From positions 6,820,001 to 6,884,000 of the forward strand of contig JBHGNT010000006.1 in the NCBI GenBank assembly GCA_043228905.1: DNA of 64,000 nucleotides. The letters are read 5' to 3'. Source of the stretch: Azolla caroliniana (Eukaryota; Plantae; Polypodiophyta). Position numbers and translations under genes: made by a program. Below, piece by piece: positions 25,046 to 37,479 of the stretch (position 1 is its first letter; each line of letters begins with the position of its first letter). Below the pieces are notes generated by a model. It saw nothing but the letters and a program-made list of their open reading frames with translations, had not been told where the DNA came from and made no database searches.

Positions 25046-25665
25046 GGCAATTTAAATAGTTGACGTTGATGAAGGCTAGGCACAGTAGTTTTGATGACGA
25101 CACCAAGAGGTGCTGAAGATGATGATGTCGAAGACGAAGGCATGAAGACAATGATGTTGAGGAAACTTAGCAATGACTGTGACTATGGCAATGATGGAAA
25201 CAAAGAAATAGATGAAGAGGATAAGAAACACAGAGATCAAGACATTGAGGATAAAAAGAAACACAAAGACAGATATATAGAGGATGATAGAAAACATAGA
25301 CGAAGATTATAAGAAACACATAGATATGGATGATGATGATAAGAAACACATCGATAGAGATGAAAACGGCAGGAAACACAGGGAGAAGGATGACAATGAC
25401 AAAAAATGCAGAGATAGGGATGTGGAAGATGATAAGAAGAGCAAAGATAGGGATGATGATGATAAGAAACCCGGAGATAGATATGTGGAGGATGAGAAGA
25501 AATTAAAAGACAGAGACAATGATGGGAAGAAACTAAGAGATAGACATGTCGATGAAGATACGAAACAAAAGGATGTTGATGACGGTAACTCTAGAAACAA
25601 CAACGGTGACAATGGTAACTCTAAAAGCAAGGGCGATGACAAATACGAGTGATACTTCCAATTGG

Positions 25666-25676
25666 AAGGGATTCAA
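25666..25676 (-). promoter_or_regulatory. Self-priming-type primer-binding site of element B
   Basis: TTGAATCCCTT (minus) starts 2 nt after the 5' LTR end and is the exact complement of AAGGGATTCAA at the predicted transcription start inside the LTR. Confidence 0.75.
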
Positions 25677-25944
25677 ATTGTCACGGGCAGACCAACCCTA
25701 GACTACGACAAAGCATAGATGACGAGGCCATGACCGATAAGGTTACAAACGTGGAACTCGACATGATGAGGATAGAAACTCGGGAAGTTGGGAATGATGA
25801 GATGAGAAACTTAAGACACTAGGAACAATACAAGAGCATGAGACAGAAATGTAAATCAAGCCTGAGAGAAGATGGGGCTAAACAAGAATACTAAATTGAT
25901 GTGTCAATGACTGGCGTTGAATCCCTTGAAAGGAACCAAGATGG

Positions 25945-28546
25945 TGTTGGGAGACAGGTCCCTCCGGATGGGAAGGGAGAAGAACAGTGCCTCCCTTCTG
26001 TACGTGGATGACATGTTGATCGTCGGACTGGACCAAGTCAAAATACGGATGCTGAAGAAGGCCCTCAACCAGACCTTCTCAATGAAAGACTTGGGTCCGG
26101 CAAGACAGATGCTGGGGATGCATATTATCCGGAACCAGTCAGCGAAGCAATTATGGCTGTCACAGGAGAAGTACGTGACAAAGGTGCTTCACCGGTTCAA
26201 CATGTCAGATGCGAAACCGGTCGGATCGACACTTCCGGCAAACTGCAGGTTATCCGGTAAGCAAAGCCCGAAGACGAAAGTAGAGAAGGCGGATATGATT
26301 AAGCAAACTGTGGGTTATCCAGTAAGCAAATGCCTCTGCCGTCGGGAGCTTAATGTACGCAATGGTGTGTACCCGACCATATATAGGATACAAAGTCGGA
26401 GTGGTGAGCCGGTTTATGAGCAATCCCGACAAGGAGCACTGGAACGCAGTCAAATGGATACTCCGGTACTTAAAGGGCACTTCGAACATGTGTCTCCGAT
26501 TCGGCCCCGGTAAACCTCAACTTGACGGGTTTACCGATTCGGACATGTCGGCTTATGTGGATACCATCCGGTCTACATCCGGGTATGTAATGACATATGC
26601 AGGGGGAGCTATTTCGTGGCAGTCGAGGTTGCAGAAGACGGTTGCGTTGTCAACCATGGAGGCGGAGTACATGGCGGTTGTGGAAGCCGGCAAGGAAATA
26701 TTATGGATGAAGGACTTCATAGGAGAGCTCGGTATCTGGCAAGATGAATACTGGCTCTATTGCGACAGTCAAAGTGCCATCCACCTTGCTAAGAATGTGG
26801 CCTACCATTCCCGGATGAAGCATATCCAACGTAGGTATCACTGGATCCGGGAAAGAGTAGATGACCAGGAGTTCGCGCTGACGAAGATCCACACGACCGA
26901 GAACGGGTCAGATATGCTCACCAAAGTACTGACACCTGACAAGCTGGATGCATGTCGGAAGCGGGTCGGACTAGTAAGACATCCCATGCCGGAGTGAAGG
27001 GGGAGTTTTTTAGGAAACAGGTCCGTCGGGATGGGAAGTGAGAAGAATAGTATTGATGAGCAAACTCGTCCGAGGCCGGTAGGCCGAGGCCGAAACCGGA
27101 TGTGGAGTACCCGACAACGGAAGACCCGGTGAGAACCGGATGAGGAGTACCCGGAAACGGAAGACCCGGTGAGAACTGGATGATGAGTTCCCGGCAAGCG
27201 CCGGATGATGCTGACAGGAAGTACACGCTCCCGATGAACAACGCTCGGCCACAACCGAGCCTAGAATAAAACATAGAAAATAGGGAATGAAAGCACAACG
27301 CGATAGAGAGAAAAGTACACAGGATGTTTACGTGGAAAACCCAAACTCGGGAAAAACCACGGCAGCCCACAGACCGCAAACTATTACTATATCAGAATGT
27401 ACAATAAGAAAGCACCGAGGCCACGACCTCGAGCTTGCTATCTTCGCCACAGGCGGCGGTTACAATCAGAGGCAACGACCTCTTTCTCTCTCTCACTCTC
27501 TCGGTACACAGTTGCGCGCTCTAATCTTGCGCCAACAAGAATGACAACCACACTCTCAAAAGTTTGCCCTAAGTCATATTTATAATAATATGACTTTTCG
27601 GCTATTAACAAATATAGCCATGATGGACTCTCATAAACATATTTACGAATATGTCTCTTCATCCGGTGAGCACTCCTCACCGGGCCTGCATCACCCGGCG
27701 CTTGTCGGGTACTCGTCATCCGGTTCTCACCGGGTCTGCAAGATCCGGCTCTCCATAGCCGGGTACTCGTCATCCGGTTCTCACCGGGTCTGCACCATCC
27801 GGCTTTCCGTAGCCGGGTACTCGTCATCCGGTTCTCACGGGGTCTGCACCATCCGTCTCTCCGTAGCCGGGTACTCGTCATCCGGTTCTCCGTAGCCAGG
27901 TCTACACCATCCGGCTCATGCCGGGTACTCTACATCCGGTTTCGGCCTCGGCCTATCGGCCTTGGACGAGTTTGCTCATCAGTACTGTTCTTCTCACTTC
28001 CTATCCGGAGGGACCTGTTTCCTAACAGATGCAGGCCCAGTGAGGAGTGCTCACCGGATGAAGGGACATATTCGTAAATATGTTTTTGAGAGTCCATCGG
28101 AGCTATATTTGTAAATAGCCGAAAAGTCATTCTAGTATAAATATGACTTAGGGCAAACTTAGTTAAAAAAGAGAAAAGTTGTTATTGTCATTATCGCGAT
28201 TGTGAGAGAGCAACCGTGTACAGAGAGAGAGAGAGTGAGAGTGAGCTAGAGATATAGAGAGGTCGTTGCCTCTGTTGTAACCGCCGCTTGTGGCGAAGAT
28301 CGTGAGCACGAGGTCATTGCCTCCATGAGCTCACTGTTGTAATCATTGTGATATAGTGATAGTTTGGAGTCAGATGTGGACTCCCGTGGTTTTTCCCTCT
28401 CAGGGTTTTCCACATTAATATCCTGTGTATTCTCTTTTCTTTCTGTTTGTGCACTTATCTCCATTCTTCATTTCTTCTGTGTTCGACTGTACAAAGTGAT
28501 TCACTCTTCGGTAGGTGCCGGAGACTATTCCGCGTATTCCTTGACA
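25945..28546 (+). mobile_element. Ty1/Copia family A (Tnt1/Tork-like) chimeric remnant: LTR start, RT C-terminus-RNase H, PPT, 3' LTR 27008-28546
   Basis: TGTTGGGAGACAGG LTR start, then YVDDML, CDSQSAIHLAKN and HIQRRYHWIRE. PPT AAGGGGGAG at ~26997-27005; the LTR ends TTGACA. Confidence 0.85.
27212..28027 (-). repeat. Solo LTR of Copia family A inserted in the preceding LTR
   Basis: TG...CA termini with a perfect 5-bp TSD GATGC (27207-27211 and 28028-28032). Confidence 0.9.
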
Positions 28547-31500
28547 GACAACAAGGTGGAACTATCTCTTTCGACGACACCTTGGGGGAATTAAAGAAGG
28601 TGTTCAAAGAAGGCCTCAGCGAAGACCGGACGATTCCGGTTAATTCAGAAAAGATATACGAAGTCATCGCTGACTTCAGGGAGAGGGTCGAGTTGGATCG
28701 AACAACCCATGTGCATATGAAGTACAAGACTGTGAACCGGAAGGTGAGACCAGTCGTGGCACCCTTGCTGGAGGGCAGCAGGTTACAGATGAAGGGGTCG
28801 CGTCGGACCCAAGTCTATGGGATCCGGCCAGCATAGGACACCGATTCACCAACTTAACGCTACAGGAGCTCAAGGTTGGTGGGGGTGGCTTTCTACTACT
28901 AGCAGAGGAGGAACGGTTTCGGAGAATGCTCAGGAGGCACGGGAAGGCCTTCGCATTCTCGCCGGAAGAGATCGGGTGCGTGGACCCGACGGTGGTTGAG
29001 CTGATGGTTATTTTTACAGTACCGCATGTGTCGTGGAATCTCAAACCGATTCCAGTACCCAGAGCTCACATCCCGAAGCTGATGGAGTTGCTGAAACAGA
29101 AGGTGGAGATGGGCATCCTCGAACCATCAAGTGCCCCATGCTTGAATCGGTGGTTTACCGTACCTAAGAAGAACGACACGTTGCGCTTTATTCAGGACCT
29201 GCAACCGGTCAATAAAGTGACCATTCGGAACGCAGGAGTCGAACCAACCATCGACGAGTTTGTAGAGGCCTTCGCCGGGAGGTCGATCTATTCGGTCGGG
29301 GAGCTATACTCAGGGTAGGACCAGTTCCAACAAGCCGAGGAGAGCAGGGATGTAACGACGATGCGGACACCTCTCGGCTTAGTGCGGATGTGTACCCTGA
29401 CGCACAGAGGGACAAACTCAGTGGCGCACATGGTGAATGCGATGAACAAGTGTTGAGGGACTGCATCCCGGACATCACCATGCCATTTCTGGACGATATG
29501 CCTATAAAGGGGTGCCCGATGGAGGATAAGGATGAAACAGTTGGGCCGGATGGATGCCGGAGATTCGTGGCGTACCACATTGACGACTGCGAGAAGGTAC
29601 TGCAAAGACTAGAGGGTGCGCGGCTCACCCTGTCTGGAGAGAAGTCGTCTTTCGGGTAGTCATAGATCCTTGTGGTCGGTCACCTGTGTGGGCCTTACGG
29701 CCGAAAACCGTCTCCGGCAAAGGTAGAGGCCATCTCCGCGATGAAGGAAGAATGCAAGTCGGTTACGGAGGTGCGGAGGTTCCTAGGGGCGTGCACGTTC
29801 TATCACATTTGGATCCCGCACTACGCACACGTCGCGGAACCACTGTACGAGTTGCTGAAGAAAGGGCGAAAATTCGAATGGAGTAACAAACATACGGAAT
29901 CGGTCCGGAGATTAAAAGAGGCGCTTACTGCAGCGCCGGCCCTCCAAAAAGTGGTCTACGGCAAGGAGGTCCCCGTCTATGTAACCGTAGACACAAGCCC
30001 GACCGGGATCGGATGGGTGATCAATCAGGAGGACGAGAGCGGCGTGCGGTTCCCGATCCGGTTCGGGGCGGAGGTATTGAGCGAGCGACAACGAGGATAC
30101 GCCTTCAAGCGCGAACTATGGGGTATCGTTTCGGCAGTCAAGGTTGACAAGGACTATCTAATTGGGACGAAGGTAATAATTGAGACGGACTGCCTACCGA
30201 TTCTTGGTATGGTTTCCGGATGCGCGACTCCGGACCTGGCAATGCTCGGGTGGATCGCGTACATCAAGTCCCTAAATCCGGAGATACAACACATCTCCGG
30301 TAAAGACAACACCATGGCCAATATGCTTTCACGAGCACGGTTCGACGACGAAGACGGCATTGTTTCGGAGAATGAAGAAGTTGGTGAGGACTTCTTCAAG
30401 TCGGCTCGCATAGTGGCGAGGGCTGGGAGCACTCCGGTGCTTAATGAGTTCGACGAGAGCAAGTACGACGAGGAGTGGCTCCAGATTGGTGGGTTCCTGA
30501 AAACGATGACGTCAAGGGCAGCGTGGACAAGGGAAGAGGCTAACTGGATCCGGAAGAAAGCGTATTGATTCTTCCTACGGGACAGAAGCATATGGAAGCA
30601 CCCGAAGAAGCGAGACGGAGTCCCACTCCGGGTGGTAACAACGAAGGAGGAGCAAGAAGCATTCTTAACGGCGTACCACGAGAGTCCTTGGGCCGGACAC
30701 CGAGGGACATGGGCCACGTTCGAGAAGCTGAAGGTGAAGTACTGGTGGCCGGGACTATACCGGGACGTGCATCGGTTCGTAACGACTTGCGAAATTTGTC
30801 AAATGCATTCCATAGTCCGACATCGAGACGAGTTTCACCCGACTTACCCGCCGACCATCCATTTCAAGTGGATGGTGGATCTGGTGACGATGCCGATGGG
30901 AGTAGGGCAGATGCGATACTTGGTGCTAGCACGAGAGGATCTGACGAACCAGATGGAGGGCTGAGCATTACCAAACAAGACGACCACGACCGTGGGCCGG
31001 TTCCTAATCGAGGAAGTGGTATGTCGGTACGGGTGCGTAGGAAAGATCGTAGCAGACCGTGGAGAACTGGATGCACAAGAGGTTGAAGAGCTGTTTGAAC
31101 GGTTAGGGGTTAAACTCTTGTTCACCACGACGTACAATCCGAAGGCAAAAGGGAAGGTGGAACGCGGACACGGGCCAATCGTAAAAGCGTTGGTATGGGC
31201 CTACGGAGGCCAAGTCAGGAATTGGCCGCAACTCCTTCCTTACGCACTATGGGCAGACCGGACAACGCATAGTTCAGTGACCAGGTACATGTCGGCAGAG
31301 CTGATGTATAGGCAGAAACCGGTCATGACGGTGGAACGGACAATTTCCTCGTGGGCAACGATAGATTGGAGGAACGAGATGAGTCGGGAAGAGCTGTTGG
31401 TGGCGCGGACTCGACAGCTCGAGCGAAGACCGGAGGACGTGGAGCAGGCAAAGGCGAAGCTGCAAATGGCGAGGGAGAGGAACAAAGGCCGGTTCGACCG

Positions 31501-32509
31501 AACACACCGGTTGTGGCCAAAGAAGATCGAAGAAGGCGACTGGGTGTTGGTGCATGACAGCAGCCTCGACAACCAACACAAGGTGACGTGCAAATTCGCG
31601 AGGAGGTGATTCGAGCCCTATGACAAAATGAGCACGAACGACAATGGCACCTACCATCTTGCGGAGCTCAACGGGACGCGGTTAATAGTACCAGTGGCCA
31701 GGAAAAGGATCAAGGCATTCAAGAAGCGGCATGAGGACAAACCGAACCTAGAGGGCATGGATGGCGACGATGACCGGTTCGAAGCGCGTGGTGAACCGGA
31801 GAGTGAAAGATAATCTAGGGCCGGTCTTCTCCAACAGAAGTCTATTCTGGCGCATACCGAAGGATGCGCGGTTAGATGGGGGCGGATGTCGTGGAGAAAA
31901 CCGTCCCTAGGAGTAATCAGTGGATAGTGTGCGTGAACCGGCCCTTACACACGGGCACATGTTTTGGTGTATTTACATAGTTAAGTACAGGTCGGCGATG
32001 TAGTTATCCTATGTAGCACGAATTCGTTAGGTAGGGGATCGAAGAGGATCTATGTCCGGAAGGACAGAGAATAAAAATGATGTAACAGTCTGTAATGGCT
32101 CTCTCTCCTTGTGCTATAAGAGGGGAAAAGGGGGTGAGTGGGGATCACGCATTTAGAGGACGAAGTGTTGTCGGACTGGGAACCAAGCTCTCTCATCCAC
32201 TATCGTTGTTGTTTCTGCAGGAATTTTGGGTTAGGTTGGTTGCCTCTACTACGTGAAAGCCCGTGTGCTTCCGGTAGAGGCTCCCTTGCGTATTTCAATA
32301 CGTGTTTTCGCCTGTGTTGAGTCTGTCACCGGCTTTCCGTTTGTAACATTGCAAGTTTGTAATCTATACTGTGATTCGAATTGATTCTTTCGTTTTTTTT
32401 CTCTCTCTGTGTTTCTTCAAATCTCTCTCCCTCTTCTCTCTCATGCTCCTCAGTTTAGGGCCCCCGTGGTCCTGCCTTATTTCATATGCGAGAGCGTAAC
32501 AACACGACA
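28547..32509 (+). mobile_element. Ty3/Gypsy element E pol + 3' LTR (same lineage as C)
   Basis: RT (FIQDLQPVNKV, FLDDMPIKG), RNase H (DTSPTGIGW) and integrase ORFs 28926-31813 with frameshifts. PPT ~31878-31886; LTR 31887-32509 with TGTCGTG...CACGACA ends. Confidence 0.88.
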
Positions 32510-35120
32510 CCGTATCAGCTCCATCCGAACCGATTGAGGAAGAGTTGGCAACCAACTCGGAGGACGACATTTGGCCAAGCTCGATATCAAAGGAAAGTCC
32601 GATCTCAACCATGTTGAGTGGACTACAAGAGCCTCCGAACAACCAAAGCACATTTTGAACAAGTGCCAAATCAGATAGAGGAAAAGCCAAGATGCCCGAA
32701 TATGACGTCCTCCAACAAGAGTGACATGGATGAATCAGCACACTTAGTCGACAGTGTCTTTGGTGTCCCTATCATGAGGACACTTGGAGTGAAGAAAGCC
32801 CTTGCAGCGACAAATAAAAAACTCCATCGTTCGACCAGAGAAAAGAAAGCGGTCACTCGATTCGGCTACAACGATTACATGGCATACCATTATGTTTTTA
32901 TGAAGAATATTGACACCATTTGAGAGCTAGAAAGCTTTGCCAAAATGGTTCGTGATCCATGATAGATAGACGCGATGAAGGAGGAAATGCAAGACTAGTG
33001 CACAACAAGAACAAAACATGGGACCTTGTTCCACACTCACCTCACAAGAAAGCAATAAGTTGTAGATGGCTATACAAGGTGGAGTAGAATGCCGACAACA
33101 TAGTCAATCGGCACAAAGCCCAACTTGTAACAAAAGGCTATACACAAACTCATGGCATCGACATTGAGGAGACCTTTGCCCCCATGCCAAAGATGACCAC
33201 CATTTTGACTGTACTAGCTCTAGATGTGACAAAAGGGTGGCATCTTCATCAGATGCCATGTCAAGAATGCTTTTCTCCAAGGGGAACTTGAAGAAGAAGC
33301 CCACATGGTTCAACCACCCGGATTCAAATCAAAATCACATCCACAAGCAGTGTGTTGACGCAAGAAGCCTCTCTATGGCCTCAAGCAAGCACCAAGAGCA
33401 TGTCACTCAAAGATAACACAATATCTTCATCAAATCGGCTTTAATATGTCCAAATACGACAACTCTCTTTAATAATGTGAGAAGTAACATAGAAAGCCCG
33501 ATCTTTATCATTCGGTACGTGGATGATCTAGTCATTGGTGGTGAGCAATTGGTCGACATCAACAAAGTCAAGTCCCTACTCTCCAGCAAATTCAAGATGA
33601 AAGACATGGAAGCTCTCCACTACTTTTTGGACATTGAAGTAATTTGGACCTCCGAAGGCATTATGATCTTCCAACAGCACTACATCCTAAACTTACTATT
33701 CAAGTTTGGGATGACAAAATGCAAGCCAATAACGACCCCTATTGATCTCAATCTGAAACTGAATGCTGACTCCGGCAGTACAGAGTGCTAAACCAACATG
33801 TTATCGACAACTTATGAAGCCTAATCTATCTCACTATCAACCGACCCAGCCTCAACTATCCAATCGGCCTCCTTAGCCAATTTATGCAGACACCCAACCA
33901 CATACATCTAGATTGTGCAAAGTGAGTATTACGATACATGAGTGACACTATGGATTACGACATTATCTACAAGTCATCAATCGGAAATTGAATGCTGACC
34001 CCGACACTACAGAGTGCTAAACCAACATGTTATTGACAACTTACGAAGCCTAATCTACCTCACTATCACCCGATCCGGCCTCCAATTGGCCTCCTTAGCA
34101 CATTTATGCAGACACCCAACGACATGCATCTAGATTGTGCAAAGTGAGTATTACGATACGTGAGTGACACTATGGATTACGACATTATCTACAAGTCATC
34201 AATGTTGATTCAACTCGAAGGGTACACAAATGTCGATTGCACTGGATACAAAGTCAACTGACACTCAATTTCGGGGTTCGTCTTCTCGCTCAAAAGTGGA
34301 GCTATATCCTAGAGAAGCAAGAAGCAACCGACCATCATATTATTGAGCATAGAGGCTGAATATAGGGGCACGATCGTGGCTACATGTGAAGCTGAATCGC
34401 TCAAAAGGATTTTGAAAGATCGACGTCTCCATCAACAACCCAATCTTGATCTACTGTGATAATCTCAACAATATCCATCTTGCTCAAAACCTGGTCTTCC
34501 ATGCTAAGACAAAGCATATCGAGGTGCACTACCACTTTATCCAGGAACATGTCATTGCGGGGGATATCGACCTTCAACACATCAAGACAGTCTTCAGACA
34601 ACTGAAATGACATTTTCATGAAATCCCTAGGGGCCAACAATCTTTGGCAATTCTCGATGGAGCTTGGACTTTCGACCTTCGACTTGCCGAGCTTGAGGGG
34701 GAGCAAAAGCCAAAAGCCTAAGCCGGACATCACCGAAAAGTCAAAAGTCGATTGTCTAGAGACCGAAAGTTGAGCTTGAAGGGGCATGTTGAGAGTCAAA
34801 CTCAACTTAACCTACTGTGTGAACACACCACCACTCTGTAACATAACTAACGTGACATAGAAGTTATATTCTATGGCACATAGTTAATGAGCTAGTTAAG
34901 GTTTTCCCCTTTCCCGAGAAGGCATTTTAGTGAGAGAATGTAGAGAGAGGGTAACCTTATAAGCACCCTCCTCTCTCCCATTGTAACTTGTTGGTTGTCA
35001 TTCTTGTTCTTGTGAATATACAAGTTTGGTATTTTCAGTTTTTCCTATCTTGTATCTCTCATTTCTCTTCTCAAACACACACACACACACACACATCTCT
35101 AATCTATTTCCACACTACAT
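32510..35120 (+). mobile_element. Old degenerate Ty1/Copia (RT-RNase H, PPT, LTR from ~34787)
   Basis: YVDDLVIGG, LYGLKQAPRA-like and KTKHIEVHYHFI-like motifs with many stops. PPT-like GAGGGGGAG near 34695 and GAAGGGG near 34779, then TGTTGAG. The right boundary is approximate. Confidence 0.7.
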
Positions 35121-35937
35121 AATTATGCACTTAATTATTTACAAAGATGATAGACAAAAACCATGGCTAATGAATTCAACAATGTATAAGAATAGAATCT
35201 TTGCCCTCCACCCAATCATCCATCCCTTGAAGAGAGAACTATTGTTGCGTAAGTCTAAACAAACTAGCATCTAGGTCATAACATGTGCAAAAGGGACCTA
35301 GATACCAAAATGAGTATTGTAAGAATAAACAAGACATAGAGTGCAAAGCATTGCCATTGCACATGAAATAAGAAACTTTGAATCACCCCGTCATCTAACA
35401 AATAACTAACATTATCCTTTTATTATTCTTAAATTTGAATCTATAAGCATGATGGTGTAATGGTTCCATGTCTTGGATTGATTTGGCCCTAATTGTTGTT
35501 TATTGACACTTGAGAAAAGGTTGTTTTGAGTTGTTAAAGTCTGAGATAACGACTACTTAGTGCTCAACTGGAGGTGACTTGCCATTGTTCTAAGGGTTTG
35601 ATAATCATCATTTCATTCAATGGCATTCGAGTGAAAAAAAGATAATAAAACATTTTTTGGGGTGATTTCCCCATGGAAACGAACATATTGGTATCATTAA
35701 TGCCATGGCCCTAGAAAACCTTAACAAATGGGGGGTGGATTGTCACAACTAAATATTGACAATTTGACATTTGCAAGTACATAAATACTAACCAAAAAGC
35801 AAAAAAAGCAATTGAAAGTCGTTAATCCTAGATCTTTACCTTTTTCTCTGTTGTCTAGCCATTGGCATCTAAAATTTCAGAAGAAGCAGTAGTAGGATCA
35901 GAAACGGGTTGCTAGGTAATCATCGTCGCTGGTCGTC

Positions 35938-36143
35938 ATGGATCAGTTCATAGACTTGGCCAAGGATTTCATCACAGAGAAATTGATGGACATGCAGAAA
36001 CCCGAAGCCGATGTGACGGATGTCAGCATAAAACATGGGGATCGTAATGCGCTCTCTCTCGAATCCAATGTCTTTGTCTCGAACCCTTACTCTCAGGACC
36101 TGCCCATCTGCGAGCTCTCCTTCAGGATCACAATCGGCGGCAG
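35938..36143 (+). CDS. LEA14: Late embryogenesis abundant protein LEA14 (LEA_2/WHy domain), exon 1
   Basis: MDQFIDLAKDFITEKL...KPEADVTDV...VSNPYSQDLPICELSF, followed by an AG|GTAAAA donor at 36143/36144. Confidence 0.9.
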
Positions 36144-37049
36144 GTAAAATGTGGTTATGTTATGCTCTTCAACTTTGGAAAAGATAGGAGTAGTTTAGGG
36201 TAAATTAAACCAACAGCAACAGGTTAGGGGTATTCTGATATCATTTAATTTCTGCGGTACTGCAGAAGGGGGGGTTATTTTTTGTTTTTGGGTAACAATC
36301 AGGGAGATTAAAGTTATTCCGGTAACAATTCAGGAACTTTGGGGCATGCACATAAGTTAGGGTTAGTTTTGGTAGTTTTCCAATTAAGTTACTGTCACAT
36401 AAAGGTTATCATGATAGGTTTTGAAATCATAGGGGTATTCTTGTAAGTTGTAAGTTTGGAAAACGGTGATAGATCTATGTAAGTATCAAACAAGTTGTAG
36501 GGATTTTGTTGCTTTGCCCAAATTATGTTATTATATGGCTCTATAGGGCACTCTTGAAGTATAATCATGCCCAATGCCTTGGTCTCTAGCCTTAGACAAA
36601 TTGTGACACGTTATTCATGATAATCAGACCTACATATGGATCTCCAATCTTGATAAATCCAGAGTTTTGTTTCATTAAGTAATAATTCGTAGAAATGTTA
36701 ATGCTTTCCTACTAGATTGCCCACTTAAACTAATGAGCACATGACCCTTCTCATCCCTATAGATCTCCATTGTTGATGTTTATTTTATCGAGGATTTGAT
36801 TGTGCTTTTCGACGTTTGATTGTGTTTCTAGCTTTTTAATATTTAAGTAAAGTTGACCATGCTTTTACCGCTTGTAGTATCTAGCATGATTATATATCAT
36901 TCACATCAATGCATAAATTTGGAATTGAGGGACTTCTATCTTTACATTTTTCTCATTAAATATCTAGTGTTTGGAGGACTTTCTTATTCCAAGTGTTGTA
37001 CATTTCCTCCATCACTTTTTCTCTGATGGTATTTGTATGTGTTTTATAG

Positions 37050-37341
37050 GGAGATTATTTCTGGAAATATCCCCAATCCTGGCTCAATCCGTGCCAATGA
37101 CAAGACTGTTGTCAAGCTCCCAATCATTGTCCCTTATGACTTTGTGATTAGCATTCTTCGAGATATTGCCACCCCTTATGACTTAGTGATTAACGTTCTT
37201 CGAGATATTGGTACCGATTGGGATATTGATTATGAACTCGTTGCCGAACTCATCATCGACCTCCCCATCATTGGCAATTTCACCATTCTCTTGTCTAAGA
37301 AGGGAACAATCAAGCTCCCAACTTTCTCTGGCATGTTCTAA
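37050..37341 (+). CDS. LEA14: LEA14 exon 2
   Basis: Acceptor TTTTATAG at 37049 with matching phase (AG|G = Arg), then SGNIPNPGSI...DWDIDYEL...IDLPIIGNFTI...GTIKLPT. The spliced product is 165 aa. Confidence 0.9.
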
Positions 37342-37479
37342 GTTGTCCTCATTGCTCTTGCTGGAGATAAGATACATGGAACTTAATGTAAAGCTTTGTT
37401 ACTATACAGCTCTAGCACAAGACAATTTTTGTATAACAACAGTTGTGATTGTTTCACCAATTTGATATTTCGTATCGTT

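Larger units (their letters stand above)
10912..25944 (-). mobile_element. Non-autonomous LTR element of family B (3' LTR 10912-11802; internal 11803-12285 + 24650-25678; 5' LTR part 25679-25944), host of nested Gypsy elements
   Basis: Two matching LTRs, a PPT (AAAGGGGAGGATAA on minus, 11803-11816) before the 3' LTR, and a 48-bp repeat array continuous across the nested insertion. No gag or pol is visible in its own internal sequence. Confidence 0.8.

Noticed and set aside
25284-25652. D/K/R-rich ORF as a dehydrin-like host gene
   Set aside because: Low-complexity repeat inside element B, no ATG at the listed start, no K-segment, and the frame breaks upstream.
25650-25660. GTATCA on minus as a Met-tRNA PBS for element B
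   Set aside because: It lacks TGG and lies over 20 nt from the LTR. The self-complementary 11-mer fits the position much better.
36181-36520. MITE-like GGGGTATT motifs in the LEA14 intron
   Set aside because: I could not identify a matching inverted end or a TSD.
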